Below, one piece after another: positions 62,557 to 64,000 of a stretch of DNA of 64,000 nucleotides. Made by a program: the position numbers and the translations under genes. The notes under the pieces are model-generated. The model was given only the letters and a program-made list of their open reading frames with translations, was not told the DNA's origin and ran no database searches. The DNA is from Podarcis erhardii (lineage: Eukaryota): assembly GCA_964252035.1 (NCBI GenBank), contig OZ176213.1; one strand, written 5' to 3'. Position 1 is the stretch's first letter; every line of letters begins with the position of its first letter.

Positions 62557-62798
62557 CAGTGGTACCTCGGGTTAAGTACTTAATTTATTCCGGAGGTCCG
62601 TTCTTAACCTGAAACTGTTCTTAACCTGAAGCACCACTTTAGCTAATGGGGCCTCCCACTGCTGCTGCGCCACCAGAGCACGATTTCTGTTCTCATCCTG
62701 AAGCAAAGTTCTTAACCTGAAGCACTATTTCTGGGTTAGCAGAGTCTGTAACCTGAAGCATATGTAACCTGAAGCATATGTAACCCGAGGTACCACTG
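62557..62798. mobile_element. pogo/Tigger-like MITE, family A
   Basis: TA|CAGTGGTACCTCGGGTTA ... TAACCCGAGGTACCACTG|TA. Confidence 0.93.
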
Positions 62799-64000
62799 TA
62801 CTGGGAAACTGTGGTCTGGCTGCTCCCTACAAAACCCAGATCAAAGTTTTTAGGAAAACCTCTGCGCTCTCAAGGGCCACTTTCTATTGAAGGCAATCTG
62901 TTGGGGGCCACATGCTGGCAGTGAGGAGAGCCGACCTTTTTCTCTGCCACTTCTTTCCTTGTCCGATTCTGATGCCCCCTTCTCACCCTCTTGGTCTGAA
63001 GGAGATTTGGGTCTGGTCAAAGCATGGCTAGGTGGCCTTCTAGGAATCACACATATGTTGCCCTTGGGTTCCATGAAGGAGAAAAGTTGGGGTGTAAACG
63101 TCAGGAAATAAGAACTTAATGTCCAATGGCCACTTGGGAATCTTTTCTTCCCCCATCCTCCCAACAGCTCTGAGAGAAATGCCAGCATTAATCCTGTAAT
63201 GATAGTGATGCTTTCTTAGATGGAAGCTAACCAAAGCCTGGGCAACAGAGGTCGACTTGCTCCCCAACCGTGCATCCCAGGTGCCCTACACACAAATGCA
63301 ACACAAAACCACACCCGCTTTCAGCACATTCATGCAAAACGTTCCAATTCACATACTTTATTCTGATCCGTAAATAATTCCAGATGTTTTATGGATCGCA
63401 GCATCCCACTCTCTTGCCACCAGAATCAAGAGTATAAACACAAGCTATCCTCTCTGCCTGGTCTTAGCAATTTCTGCTATATATAAATTATTCCATACAT
63501 ATTATGTACCTATATAAAGCTACGGAGTGGGGGTTTTTTTGGTTGGCTCTGCAGAAGAACCACAAAGCCCCTCGGGGGTTGGGGGGAGGGATGCAGAAAG
63601 CCAACATTCATTATTAGCAAATCTTAAAGCCATGCAAAGTTCGGGATGAATAATTACACCATGAAAGAGCTCCACTTTCCAATTATCTTGCCCACGCCGA
63701 TCTCTTTGAAGTTGATTATGTAAGCCAGCACCAGATAATGACGTTTTCTGGTGAATTTCATAACGGGAGGTACGCACAGATTGCATGAAATTGTAACGGG
63801 GACAGGATAATGAATACAAGTGATCATTTGTGTAAAGCATCCAAAATGTGTAAGGGGGGGGGAGAGGGTTAAGGATGGGTCCTAGACATGATGGCATTTG
63901 TGGCAGAAATTGCAAGATGCATAATCCCAGTTTGGGAAAATACATATGGATGATAAATGTGCAACTGATAACTGTGCAGAACCTGTAGCCCTACAGATGT

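Noticed and set aside
1-64000. The many 60-160 aa ORFs in the six-frame track
   Set aside because: Apart from LINE-derived frames they lack recognisable domains, and many run through SINEs or microsatellites (poly-CV, poly-N, poly-Y). They are consistent with chance ORFs.
1-64000. CRISPR array, operons or prokaryotic defence systems
   Set aside because: The sequence is vertebrate. The recurring repeats are dispersed TEs, not regularly spaced direct repeats.

Overview
Vertebrate nuclear DNA, not prokaryotic. The repeat content (seven Sauria SINE copies, Squam3-like SINEs, Bov-B, L2, CR1 and L1/Tx1 LINE fragments, Tc1/mariner-pogo and hAT MITEs) points to a squamate reptile, most likely a lacertid lizard. 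That assignment comes from my recognition of the repeat families, not from a database search. I could not confidently identify any host protein-coding exon, tRNA, rRNA or CRISPR feature. The only convincing protein-like ORFs are retrotransposon-derived: an L2 endonuclease/RT at about 19.7-22.7 kb, plus Bov-B, RTE, CR1, L2 and L1 fragments. The window looks like a large intron or gene desert. TE-rich stretches alternate with TE-free blocks that retain CpG and carry homeobox-type motifs, which resemble conserved enhancers near a developmental gene. The best-supported observations are several nested or stacked transposon insertions with readable junctions and TSDs, and a near full-length L2 ORF2. 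Three candidate exons and several candidate enhancers are weaker, inferred calls. I did not find solid evidence for a wholly new biological system. Coordinates were counted by eye and may be off by a few bases.
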